DNA from: an uncultured Candidatus Rokubacteria bacterium
GTDB lineage: Bacteria > Methylomirabilota > Methylomirabilia > Rokubacteriales > DASRDR01
Length of the DNA: 64,000 nt
Reading direction: 5' to 3'
Assembly: GCA_963805625.1 (NCBI GenBank)
Contig: CAWDVE010000019.1
Span: 544,001 to 608,000 of the forward strand
Positions 16,478-24,674 of the stretch are shown here, piece after piece (position 1 is the first letter of the stretch; each line of letters opens with the position of its first letter). The position numbers and the translations under genes are program-made. The notes under the pieces are model-generated. The model was not told where the DNA came from and did not search any database. It saw only the letters and a list, made by a program, of their open reading frames with translations.

Positions 16478-17915
16478 TATCGCGCCATCTAAAATGTTAC
16501 CGAGCGGAAAGAGACGCGCCATCTGGAATGTAACCCTCGAGGGCCCCGTGGCCGGAGGAGGGTTACATGATGAGTCGCCGTGCGCGGTGGGAGGTCCTCA
16601 CGGCTGTCTACCCGCGCTACCGGGGCGCGGCCCGGGTCGAGCGGGGGAGGATCCTCGATGAGTTCTGTGAGACCACGGGCTACCAGCGCAAGTACGCGCT
16701 GCGGCTTCTCAACGGGCCGCCCCCGGGCCCCGAGCGGCCCCGTCGTCGGCGGCGCCCCGCCACGTACGGGCTGGCGGTGATCCAGGCGTTGACCGCGATC
16801 TGGGAGGCCGCGGGGTATCCCTGGTCTGTGCGGTTGAAGGCGCTGCTCCCCCTGTGGCTGCCCTGGGCACGCCGGCGCCTCCGGCTGTCCGCCACCGTGT
16901 GCCAGCAGCTCCGCGCGATCAGCCCCCGCCAGATCGACCGGCGCCTGGCCGCAACCAAGCGGCAGCGCACGACGCGCCGCTATGGCGGGACCCGACCGGG
17001 CACTCTCCTCAAGCACCACATTCCGCTGAAGACCGATCACTGGGATGTGACCGTGCCGGGCTTCACCGAGCTGGACTTGGTCGCGCATGCGGGCCATCGG
17101 GCCGATGGCGAGTTCGCCCATTCCCTGAACGTCACGGACATCCACACCACCTGGGTGGAGACCCGGGCGGTCCTCGGCCGCGGCGAACGCGGCGTCCAGA
17201 CGGCCTTGGACGAGATCCGGCAGGTCCTGCCCTTCCGCCTCCGGGGGATCGACTCCGACAACGGGTCCGAGTTCATCAACCATCATCTCTACCGCTACTG
17301 CCAGGCGCAGGAGATCCAGTTCACACGCGGCCGACCGTACAAGAAGGACGACAACGCCCACATCGAGCAGAAGAACTGGACGCACGTCCGGAAGCTCGTA
17401 GGCTACTGGCGCTACGACACGCCGGCGGCGGTGACCGCGCTGAATGCGCTCTATCGGCACGAGCTCCGGCTCTTGCACAACCTCTTCCTGCCGTCGGTCA
17501 AACTCCTCAGCAAGGAACGGGTCGGCGCGCGGTTGCGCCGTCACTACGATGCTCCGCGCACGCCCCTCGAGCGGGTCCAGAGCTGCCCCGAGGCGGATTC
17601 CCAGGCGGTGCGCGAACTCGTCCGCCTACGCGATCAGCTGGATCCCTTCGCCCTGGCCGAGGCCATCGATCGGAAGATCGAGCGGCTCGTCGCCTTGGCC
17701 ACGCCCGCGCGGGTGGCGGGCGTGCCCATCCCCACGGCGGCGAACTTCCCGCCCATCATCCCGGCACCGCCGAAGCCGCACCCGGGCCGCCCGCCCGGCA
17801 CCCCGGACTTCACCTTTGCCAACCACCTACGCCGGCCCCAGGCTCGGTCTCCGAGGGTTACATGTTAGATGGCTCGACGATTCACCCCTCGGTATCTTTC
17901 TTAGATGGCTTGACA
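16478..17915 (+). mobile_element. Insertion sequence (about 1.44 kb) with rve/DDE transposase and doubled subterminal repeats (IS481/ISNCY-like)
   Basis: Left end TATCGCGCCATCT and right end (rev. comp.) TGTCAAGCCATCT; about 21-bp GCCATCT...ACC repeats at 16484, 16518, 17853 and 17888; no perfect target-site duplication. Confidence 0.85.
16567..17868 (+). CDS. DDE (integrase-core) transposase
   Basis: ILDEFCETTGYQRKYALRLL, ELDLVAH, DSDNGSEFIN, RPYKKDDNAHIEQKN. Confidence 0.93.
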   Translation: MMSRRARWEVLTAVYPRYRGAARVERGRILDEFCETTGYQRKYALRLLNGPPPGPERPRRRRRPATYGLAVIQALTAIWEAAGYPWSVRLKALLPLWLPWARRRLRLSATVCQQLRAISPRQIDRRLAATKRQRTTRRYGGTRPGTLLKHHIPLKTDHWDVTVPGFTELDLVAHAGHRADGEFAHSLNVTDIHTTWVETRAVLGRGERGVQTALDEIRQVLPFRLRGIDSDNGSEFINHHLYRYCQAQEIQFTRGRPYKKDDNAHIEQKNWTHVRKLVGYWRYDTPAAVTALNALYRHELRLLHNLFLPSVKLLSKERVGARLRRHYDAPRTPLERVQSCPEADSQAVRELVRLRDQLDPFALAEAIDRKIERLVALATPARVAGVPIPTAANFPPIIPAPPKPHPGRPPGTPDFTFANHLRRPQARSPRVTC

Positions 17916-18122
17916 GGGAGAGTGGCGCCAGGAGGGCGAGCCGAGGTAGAAGGAGTAGGCGCGATAGCTGTCCTTGTAGGCTTCGAAGCTGTTGGGCGCG
18001 CCGAGAGTGCACAGGGCGAGTAGCAGCACAGCGGGAACGAACAGGCGAGCAGCGTACGGCTCGAGCATCTCCCGGATGCGCCAGTGCGCCAGGATGACCG
18101 CGCTCGGAAACCCGCCGAGCAA

Positions 18123-18332
18123 TCAACCGGGCGAGCCCGGGCTCGAAGCAGAATCCGGACGCACGGGCGGTTGACGGCGGACGACCGTGACTACCACCTC
18201 GGACGGCTGGCTCTTCCGTCCGCGTGCATCGACGACCTCGAGCCGGAATCGGTGCCGGCCCAGCGGCAGTCCGGCATCGACGACCACTGTGGGCCTTCGG
18301 GTCTCAACGGGCCGGTTGGGCTCGAATCGCAT
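18123..18332 (-). CDS. Small Ig/beta-sandwich-like protein, paralog of the N-half of the upstream gene
   Basis: LPLGRHRFRLEVVDARGRKSQP aligns with LPVGAHIFQLEVIDDSGNRSQP. Confidence 0.7.
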   Translation of the reverse strand: MRFEPNRPVETRRPTVVVDAGLPLGRHRFRLEVVDARGRKSQPSEVVVTVVRRQPPVRPDSASSPGSPG

Positions 18333-18338
18333 ACCGGC

Positions 18339-18665
18339 CTATTGCACGAGGGTCCAGATGTACCGGACGATCGTGCCGCCGCCGACGTCCCGTGACTCCG
18401 TGCCGCTGAGCGTGAACTCCTGGCCGAAGGGCACGGTTCGCGGTGCGCTGATGATCGCCGACGGTGCTTGAGTATCCAGGACGACGACGCGTGCCTGCAC
18501 GGGCTGAGAACGGTTGCCCGAATCATCGATGACCTCGAGCTGGAAGATGTGGGCGCCCACCGGTAGCGGACGGCCGGGATCGACGGCGACGACCAGGGTC
18601 GCGTCGGGCGCGGCGGCTTCGACCGGCTGGTTCACTTGCAGGTCGGCGGACGTGATGCGCGGCAT
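18339..18665 (-). CDS. Small PKD/Ig-like domain protein without signal peptide
   Basis: RBS AAAGGAG; PKD-like FTLSGTESRD...IVRYIWTL. Confidence 0.75.
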   Translation of the reverse strand: MPRITSADLQVNQPVEAAAPDATLVVAVDPGRPLPVGAHIFQLEVIDDSGNRSQPVQARVVVLDTQAPSAIISAPRTVPFGQEFTLSGTESRDVGGGTIVRYIWTLVQ

Positions 18666-18752
18666 GGGCGTGGCTCCTTTCTGCGGGCCGGCGGCGACAC
18701 GGCTTCGCCGCATACCCTGAAGGACGTCGTCATCCGAGAGCCCGGTCCGGTG

Positions 18753-19388
18753 TCACGGGCGGCCGAGCGCCTGACGTACGACGGGCAGGAGGCGCTCGGC
18801 GAGGATCACCTGGCCCTGCTCGTCTGGGTGGAGCCCGTCGTAGGTGTGGCCGGGGACCACACCGTCGAGGAAGTCCTCGACCAGCGTCGCGCCCTCCGCC
18901 CGCGCGATCTTGCGGAGATGCCGTCGGTAGCCGTCGCCACCCACGCTGGGCAGACTGATGTGGACGAGGATCACGCCGGCCCCCTGCGACCGAATCCGCT
19001 GAGTGATCGTTCGGAGATTCGCGACGGTGCGCTCGGGTGGCCACTGTCCGAACATGTCGTTGACGCCCAGTTCGACGACGACCAGTCGGGGGCGGTGGGC
19101 CAGCACGTCCCGGTCGAGACGCAGTAGGCCCCCCTCGGTCGTGTCGCCCGAGATGCCCGCGTTGACGACGGGGAGCCCGAGCGCCTGTCCCAGCCGGTGC
19201 GGGAACGCCACGTCCTCGGAGAGCCGGTGTCCCGAGGTGATGCTGTCGCCGAGGAACACGACGGTCGGACCGATCGACGGCGCACCAGCCTCCTGGGACC
19301 GGCGCGTCGCGTGGGGCCACAGGGTCCAGCCGACGCCGATCAGGAGCACTGCGACCAGTAGGTACAGCACGCCTCGACGCGAGCCCAC
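18753..19388 (-). CDS. SGNH/GDSL arylesterase (TesA-like), membrane anchored
   Basis: VFLGDSIT, NAGISGDTT, ELGVND, DGLHP; start uncertain (19388 or 19370). Confidence 0.9.
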   Translation of the reverse strand: MGSRRGVLYLLVAVLLIGVGWTLWPHATRRSQEAGAPSIGPTVVFLGDSITSGHRLSEDVAFPHRLGQALGLPVVNAGISGDTTEGGLLRLDRDVLAHRPRLVVVELGVNDMFGQWPPERTVANLRTITQRIRSQGAGVILVHISLPSVGGDGYRRHLRKIARAEGATLVEDFLDGVVPGHTYDGLHPDEQGQVILAERLLPVVRQALGRP

Positions 19389-19485
19389 GCTAGGATCTTG
19401 CGGCGATCCGGGATTTCGGGCAACCGGCGGCGGCGACGCCGGCCACGGCAGCGGTTCGCGGCGCCGCGTCTGGTACCATCGGGAC

Positions 19486-20340
19486 ATGGAGACCGGGCAA
19501 CCCGGCGAGCGAGTCGGCGCGCGGACGGGGGATGGCCATCCGTCGCTCGGCCGCCGGACCGTGCTCGGGATGGCGCTCGCGTGGGCGATCGCCCGTCCCC
19601 GCCGCGCCGCCGCAGAGACCGAGGCCCGCAAGGGCGCCTTCAGCGCGCGGGCCGCCATCCTCTTCGGCGCCTTCCGATTCGAGGAGAGCGGTGTCATCGA
19701 GGAGACGATCGACCGCGGCGCCGGTCGCTACGAGGTGCGGATCACCGGCGGGGGTCTGGAGATGACCACCGAGATCGAGTCAACCGGCATTCTTCGCGAG
19801 GGGCGCTGGGCGCCGCTCCGGTTCACGGACCGTTTCGTGGTCTACGGCCGGGAGTCGCGGCTCGAGATCACCTATGACCATGCGCGCCGTCTCGTCCAGT
19901 ACCGGGGCCGGAGCGAGACGTTTGTCCTCCGGCGCCTCCGGATGACGGACGACACGCTGGCGGTGCCCGCGGGCATGCACGTGGACGACGTCGTCAGCGC
20001 GACCCTGAACTACGCGGAGGGCCGGTGGCCGGCGGAGGCTGACGGCAGGCTCGTCACCCAGGTCGTGCGCCGACAGCGAACCCGGGGCGAGCGCCCGGAC
20101 GACGCGGAGCGTCGCTACCGTGCGGAGCTGGTGCCCTTCGAGCTCCGCGTGGGGTCGGACGCGAGCGGCCGGGCGACCGCGGTCCTGGACATGACGCCGT
20201 TCTCGTCGTGGGCGCGTGAGGAGGAGCCGGCGCGGATCGTCTTCGGCGCCGACCGGCGTCCCGAGTCGATCACCGCCACTCTCATCCTGGGAACCAGCCT
20301 GGCGATCAGGATCGGACCGGCGCCCGTCGTAGCCTCGTAG
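19486..20340 (+). CDS. Exported hypothetical protein with Tat-like signal
   Basis: LGRRTVLGMALAWAIA...AAA signal; beta-rich body; extended -10 TGG-TACCAT 6 nt upstream. Confidence 0.65.
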   Translation: METGQPGERVGARTGDGHPSLGRRTVLGMALAWAIARPRRAAAETEARKGAFSARAAILFGAFRFEESGVIEETIDRGAGRYEVRITGGGLEMTTEIESTGILREGRWAPLRFTDRFVVYGRESRLEITYDHARRLVQYRGRSETFVLRRLRMTDDTLAVPAGMHVDDVVSATLNYAEGRWPAEADGRLVTQVVRRQRTRGERPDDAERRYRAELVPFELRVGSDASGRATAVLDMTPFSSWAREEEPARIVFGADRRPESITATLILGTSLAIRIGPAPVVAS

Positions 20341-20355
20341 GGCGCCCGACCGGCC

Positions 20356-22659
20356 CTACGCGGCCGGCAGGCGGATCGTGAACGTCGTGCCGCGCCCGAA
20401 CTCCGAGTCGACGTCGATGGTCCCGCCGTAGCTCGAGATGATGCCGGAGACGATGGAGAGCCCGAGCCCCGTTCCGCTTTCCTTGGTCGTGAAGAACGGC
20501 TCGAAGATCCGCCGCCGCACGTCCGGGGGGATGCCGGTTCCGGTATCGGTGATCGACAGCAGGACCCAGTCTCCCTCGTGGCGCGTCTCGAGGGTTATGG
20601 ACCCTCCCCGTGGCATGGCGTCGACCGAGTTCAGCACGAGGTTGATCAGGGCCTCGCGGAGCTCCGCTGCGCGGGCCTGGATTCCGGGCACCGAACCCAG
20701 CTGCTGAGTGACCATGATCGGCGTGCCCTTGAGGTCGCTCTGCGACCAGCGCGGCCGCACGATCTCGATCGCCTGGCGGACGACCTCTCTGAGGTCCACG
20801 TGCTCGAGCCGGCGATCGACGTCCCGGCGGGCGAAGCGCCGGATGCGGCCGACCGTCTCCACGCCATCGCGGACGGCCTGCTCGATCGTCGACAGACCCC
20901 GCTGGAGGCGCTCGGGTGAGGGCTCGCGGGCGATGAGCTGCGTGTGTCCGAGGATCGCCTGGAGCAGGTTTGTGAAGTCGTGGGCCATGCCCATGGCCAG
21001 CTGACCGAGAGCGGATAGCTTCTCGGACCGGGCCAGCTGCTCCTCCCACCGACGCTGCTCGGTGACGTCGCGGACGATCAGGAGAAGCCCCGTCTCCTGA
21101 CGCCCGCCCCAGGGGATGGGCGAGCAGGTCGCGGTGAGATCCTGGACGGCGCGGTCGCCCTCCGCCTGGAGGCGCAGCACCACCGTCCGGCTTGCCCGCG
21201 GGGCCGCCAGCACCGGCTCGAGCTGTACCATCACGGCCGGCGGCATCGCGTCGCCGACGAGCTTGCCGCGCGCTTCGTCGGTTCCGCGGCCGAACATGCG
21301 CTCGGCCGCGGGGTTCCACGTGACGACCCGGCCCGCCGGATCGACCGCCACGATGGACTCGGCCGCCGACTCGATGAGGTTCTCCAGGAACGACTTGGCC
21401 TCCGAGAGCTCCCGGTGCAGGTTCGCGTTCCGGACGATCAGGGCGACCGACTCCGAGAACATCCGGAGCAGTTCCCGCTCGCTCGGGTCGAGCTCGCGGC
21501 TGGTTCCGACGACAAGCGCACCGAGGTGCCGTCCCTGCGCGACCAGGGGGAAGACGGCCCGTTCGGCCGTCTCGCTCCCCGCCGGCTCTCCCGGGTCGAG
21601 GAGGACCTGGACGCGCTCGTAACCTGCGCCCTGCTGGAGGTGATCGGTGATCGCGGCGAGCGTCCGGTCGAGCGCGGGGTCGACGAGCACGGCCGTGGAG
21701 ATTTGCCGCAGGATCTCGCCCTGGACCGCTCTGAGCGACTGCTCCGAGGCCTGGCGGGCGGCGGCAGTGAGGAGGGCAGACGTGCGCACGGCCGTGACCA
21801 TCAGATCCATCACGGGCCGGAGGGCTGCGAGGTCAGTACCGCCGGGCGCCGTCCGGCGATGGTAGAGCGCGAGGTGGGCCCACACGCGAGGCAGCCCCTC
21901 GTCCACCGTCGGCACGACCATGGCCGCCTCGAAGCCAAGGGCATCGAGCTCGGCCGGCCACGGCAACGGCCAGGCGAGGCCCGGCCGGCTGCCGACGGGC
22001 TCCCGGACGCCGTGTAGCGCCGTCCGCCAGGCGGCAACCACCGCGTCGCCCACTGCCGCCGGCAGCTCGGAGTGCACGATCGCGGCCGGTTCCGTGCTCA
22101 GGAAGGACGCCGCGGCGGCACCCGTCACGCGCTGGGCTTCGTGCAGCATGGCGCGCAGGAGTCTGGCGAGGTCGCCTCCCTGCACGGGATCCCGCCGCTG
22201 CGCGAGATCACGCATCTTTCCGATCAAGGGCGCGAGCGCGACCCCCGGGCCTTCCGTGCGCTGTCGCCGTCGGGCGAGGGCCCGCTCCGCGGCTTCCTGG
22301 AGCTCCCGGGGCGCGAATGGCTTTACCAGGTAGTCCATCGCGCCGAATCGCATCGCCCGTTGGACCGTGTCGAGCGACGCGTAGGCCGTGATCATCACGA
22401 CCTCCACGCCGGCATCGATCGCCTTGACGCGCTCGAGGAGCTGGACGCCATCCATCCGCGGCATCTTCACGTCCATGAAGATCACGTCCGGGCGAAGCCC
22501 GGGCAGGACCGCCAGCACCTCCTCGCCGCTCCCGGCCGTGAAGACCTGGTAGCGCGGCTTGAGGATCATGCGGATGGCCTCGCGCGGGCCTTCCTCGTCG
22601 TCCACGACCAATACGCGCGGCTCGGTCATGCGGGAGCCCCCCCCTGGGTCTCGGCTCAC
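20356..22659 (-). CDS. Cytoplasmic hybrid histidine kinase (REC-GAF-like-PAS-HisKA-HATPase)
   Basis: VLVVDDE, IFMDVKMP and DYLVKPF intact receiver; H-box MAHDFTNLL; DTGTGI, FEPFFTTK, GTGLGL. Confidence 0.92.
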   Translation of the reverse strand: MSRDPGGGSRMTEPRVLVVDDEEGPREAIRMILKPRYQVFTAGSGEEVLAVLPGLRPDVIFMDVKMPRMDGVQLLERVKAIDAGVEVVMITAYASLDTVQRAMRFGAMDYLVKPFAPRELQEAAERALARRRQRTEGPGVALAPLIGKMRDLAQRRDPVQGGDLARLLRAMLHEAQRVTGAAAASFLSTEPAAIVHSELPAAVGDAVVAAWRTALHGVREPVGSRPGLAWPLPWPAELDALGFEAAMVVPTVDEGLPRVWAHLALYHRRTAPGGTDLAALRPVMDLMVTAVRTSALLTAAARQASEQSLRAVQGEILRQISTAVLVDPALDRTLAAITDHLQQGAGYERVQVLLDPGEPAGSETAERAVFPLVAQGRHLGALVVGTSRELDPSERELLRMFSESVALIVRNANLHRELSEAKSFLENLIESAAESIVAVDPAGRVVTWNPAAERMFGRGTDEARGKLVGDAMPPAVMVQLEPVLAAPRASRTVVLRLQAEGDRAVQDLTATCSPIPWGGRQETGLLLIVRDVTEQRRWEEQLARSEKLSALGQLAMGMAHDFTNLLQAILGHTQLIAREPSPERLQRGLSTIEQAVRDGVETVGRIRRFARRDVDRRLEHVDLREVVRQAIEIVRPRWSQSDLKGTPIMVTQQLGSVPGIQARAAELREALINLVLNSVDAMPRGGSITLETRHEGDWVLLSITDTGTGIPPDVRRRIFEPFFTTKESGTGLGLSIVSGIISSYGGTIDVDSEFGRGTTFTIRLPAA

Positions 22660-24674
22660 TGATGAGTTCGCGGCAGCGTCAGGACGAAGCGGATCTCGCC
22701 CTCCTGGCCGCCGAGCGTCAAGGTCCCGCCGTGGCCTTCGACGATCTTCTGTGTCACGCCTGGACCGACGTCGAGTAGCTTGTCCGAGGCGATCGCGAGC
22801 GGGCTGAACAGGTGCTCGCGCTCGAGAGTCGAGAGCTGAGCGGGGCGTCCCGTGAGTGAGAGGCGCACTCGGCCGGGATCCTCCGGGGACGTCTGCAGGT
22901 GGATGGCCACGCGACCATCCGCATCGACGCGGTTGGCGAGGAATCGGACGAGGTAGCCGATCGCCTTGGTCAGTTGCTCGCGATCGGCCTTGACGACGAG
23001 GCCCTTCTGCGGCGCATAGAGGATCGCCGTCAGCTGCTCGGTGCGCTCCGGGACCTGGAGCAGGAAGAGCGCGGCGTCGCTCGGCCCCTTCGACCGCTCC
23101 AGGCGGACCGAGAGCTCCTCCAGCGCGTCGTGCAAGAGCTGCCGGACGTCGCAGAAGTCCACCTTGTAGTCGCGGTCACCGGCGAGTGTGATGAGCTTGT
23201 CGACGAGCGAGATCAGGCGCTGGGTGTCCTTGCCGACGACTGTGAGGAACGTTTCCCGGAACTCAGGGTCCTCGTACCGGTGCGGGAGCAGCTCGAGGAA
23301 CGTGTAGATCGACACGAGAGGGTTCTTGATCTCGTCCGTCAGGCGGAGCAGCACCCGGTTGAGGAGATCGAGCGTCTGGCTCGTCTGGCGCTCCCGGTGA
23401 AGCTTGTGCCGTGGCGTCGGGTCGTCGACCAGCATGACGGCGCCGCACGGGGTGCCGGTGGCGTCGAGGATCCGGGATGTGCTGAGCTCGAGCGTGATCT
23501 GGCGGCGGGGTAGCTCCACCTCCACTAACCGGAGCTCCCGCCCGCCCCGCACGGTCTCGTAGAGCAGGTCGCCGAGCGGCGAGGGCAGGACGCGGAGGTC
23601 CTGCCCGAGGACGTCGCCGAGGGAGAGCTCGAGAATCTGCTCCGCCCGGCGGTTGAATCGGGTCACCCGTCCGGAGGCGTCGATGGTGATGGCGCCGCTC
23701 TGGAGGTGGGTCAGGACCTGCTCGATGAAGCTGTGCTGGGCCCGGACGGTGTTGAAGAGGGCGATGTCCTCGACCGCCATGGCGACCTGGCTCGCCAGCG
23801 TGAAGAGCCGCTCCAGATCCTCTGAGCCGTAGGGCTGTCCCGTGACCCGCGGCCCGAGCACGAGGATTCCGACCAGCTTGGCCTGGACCCACAGCGGTAC
23901 CGCGACCTCGCCTCCCAGGAGCGCGAGCTCCCGGGCCGCCTCGAGCCAGTCGGGCTCCCGCTCGAGCTCGCCCCGCACGGCCAGCCGCACGTGCTGTCGA
24001 AACCAGTCGGCGAGCCCCTCACCGCTCTCCAGACGGAGCCGCTCGGCCAGATCGGGGTTGAGCCCCCGGAAGCCACGCGGCCGGTACCGGTGCTCGTCGT
24101 CGACCAGGAGGAGCGCCACTCGCCCCGGCCGCACGAGCTCGGTGATCGCGTCCAGGAAGAACTCGACGACACGCTCGATGTCGAAGTGCGCGGAGAGGAG
24201 CTTGCCCAGCTCCTTCAGCACCGTTCCGAGCGCCGTCGAGCTTCCATGGCCGTTCGTCGCAGCCGGGGCCGAGGCCGGCTCCCGCCGCGTCCGGTCCCGC
24301 CGAAGCGAAGCGACCTCCAGCTCGAGGCGCCGCACGCGGAGTCCCTGGTCGATCGCCAGCCGGAGCGGGGTGTCCGGTGTGTCGCGGGGCAGCGCGAGGT
24401 CGCAGCGGTCCACTCCCGGGGGAACCGGATCGTCGGGAGCCAGGAGCCCGACCAGGAACGGTCGCGACGCGATGGCGGCCGCTGTCGCCAGCTCGTCCGG
24501 GTCCACGTTGGCCGACCCGAAGTCCAGGAGGAGCAGGTCGGCCTGGCCGGCGGCACCCGGCTCGAGAGCCCGGGCCAGCGATCCGCTGGCCCCGAAGTCG
24601 AGGCTGCCGTTCAGGAGCCGGCGCAGGCGGGCGGCCAGGCCGGCATCGCGCGAGAGCACGCGGACCGTTCTCAT
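22656..24674 (-). CDS. Histidine pseudokinase (degenerate REC-GAF-PAS-HisKA*-HATPase*)
   Basis: H-box reads LTDEIKNPL (His to Asp); N, G1 and G2 boxes eroded (LLDVGPGVTQKIVEGHGG). Confidence 0.82.
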   Translation of the reverse strand: MRTVRVLSRDAGLAARLRRLLNGSLDFGASGSLARALEPGAAGQADLLLLDFGSANVDPDELATAAAIASRPFLVGLLAPDDPVPPGVDRCDLALPRDTPDTPLRLAIDQGLRVRRLELEVASLRRDRTRREPASAPAATNGHGSSTALGTVLKELGKLLSAHFDIERVVEFFLDAITELVRPGRVALLLVDDEHRYRPRGFRGLNPDLAERLRLESGEGLADWFRQHVRLAVRGELEREPDWLEAARELALLGGEVAVPLWVQAKLVGILVLGPRVTGQPYGSEDLERLFTLASQVAMAVEDIALFNTVRAQHSFIEQVLTHLQSGAITIDASGRVTRFNRRAEQILELSLGDVLGQDLRVLPSPLGDLLYETVRGGRELRLVEVELPRRQITLELSTSRILDATGTPCGAVMLVDDPTPRHKLHRERQTSQTLDLLNRVLLRLTDEIKNPLVSIYTFLELLPHRYEDPEFRETFLTVVGKDTQRLISLVDKLITLAGDRDYKVDFCDVRQLLHDALEELSVRLERSKGPSDAALFLLQVPERTEQLTAILYAPQKGLVVKADREQLTKAIGYLVRFLANRVDADGRVAIHLQTSPEDPGRVRLSLTGRPAQLSTLEREHLFSPLAIASDKLLDVGPGVTQKIVEGHGGTLTLGGQEGEIRFVLTLPRTHQ

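Noticed and set aside
16469-17924. Target-site duplication of the IS
   Set aside because: Flanks AAGAGAGCG and GGGAGAGTG match only 6/9; cannot be called
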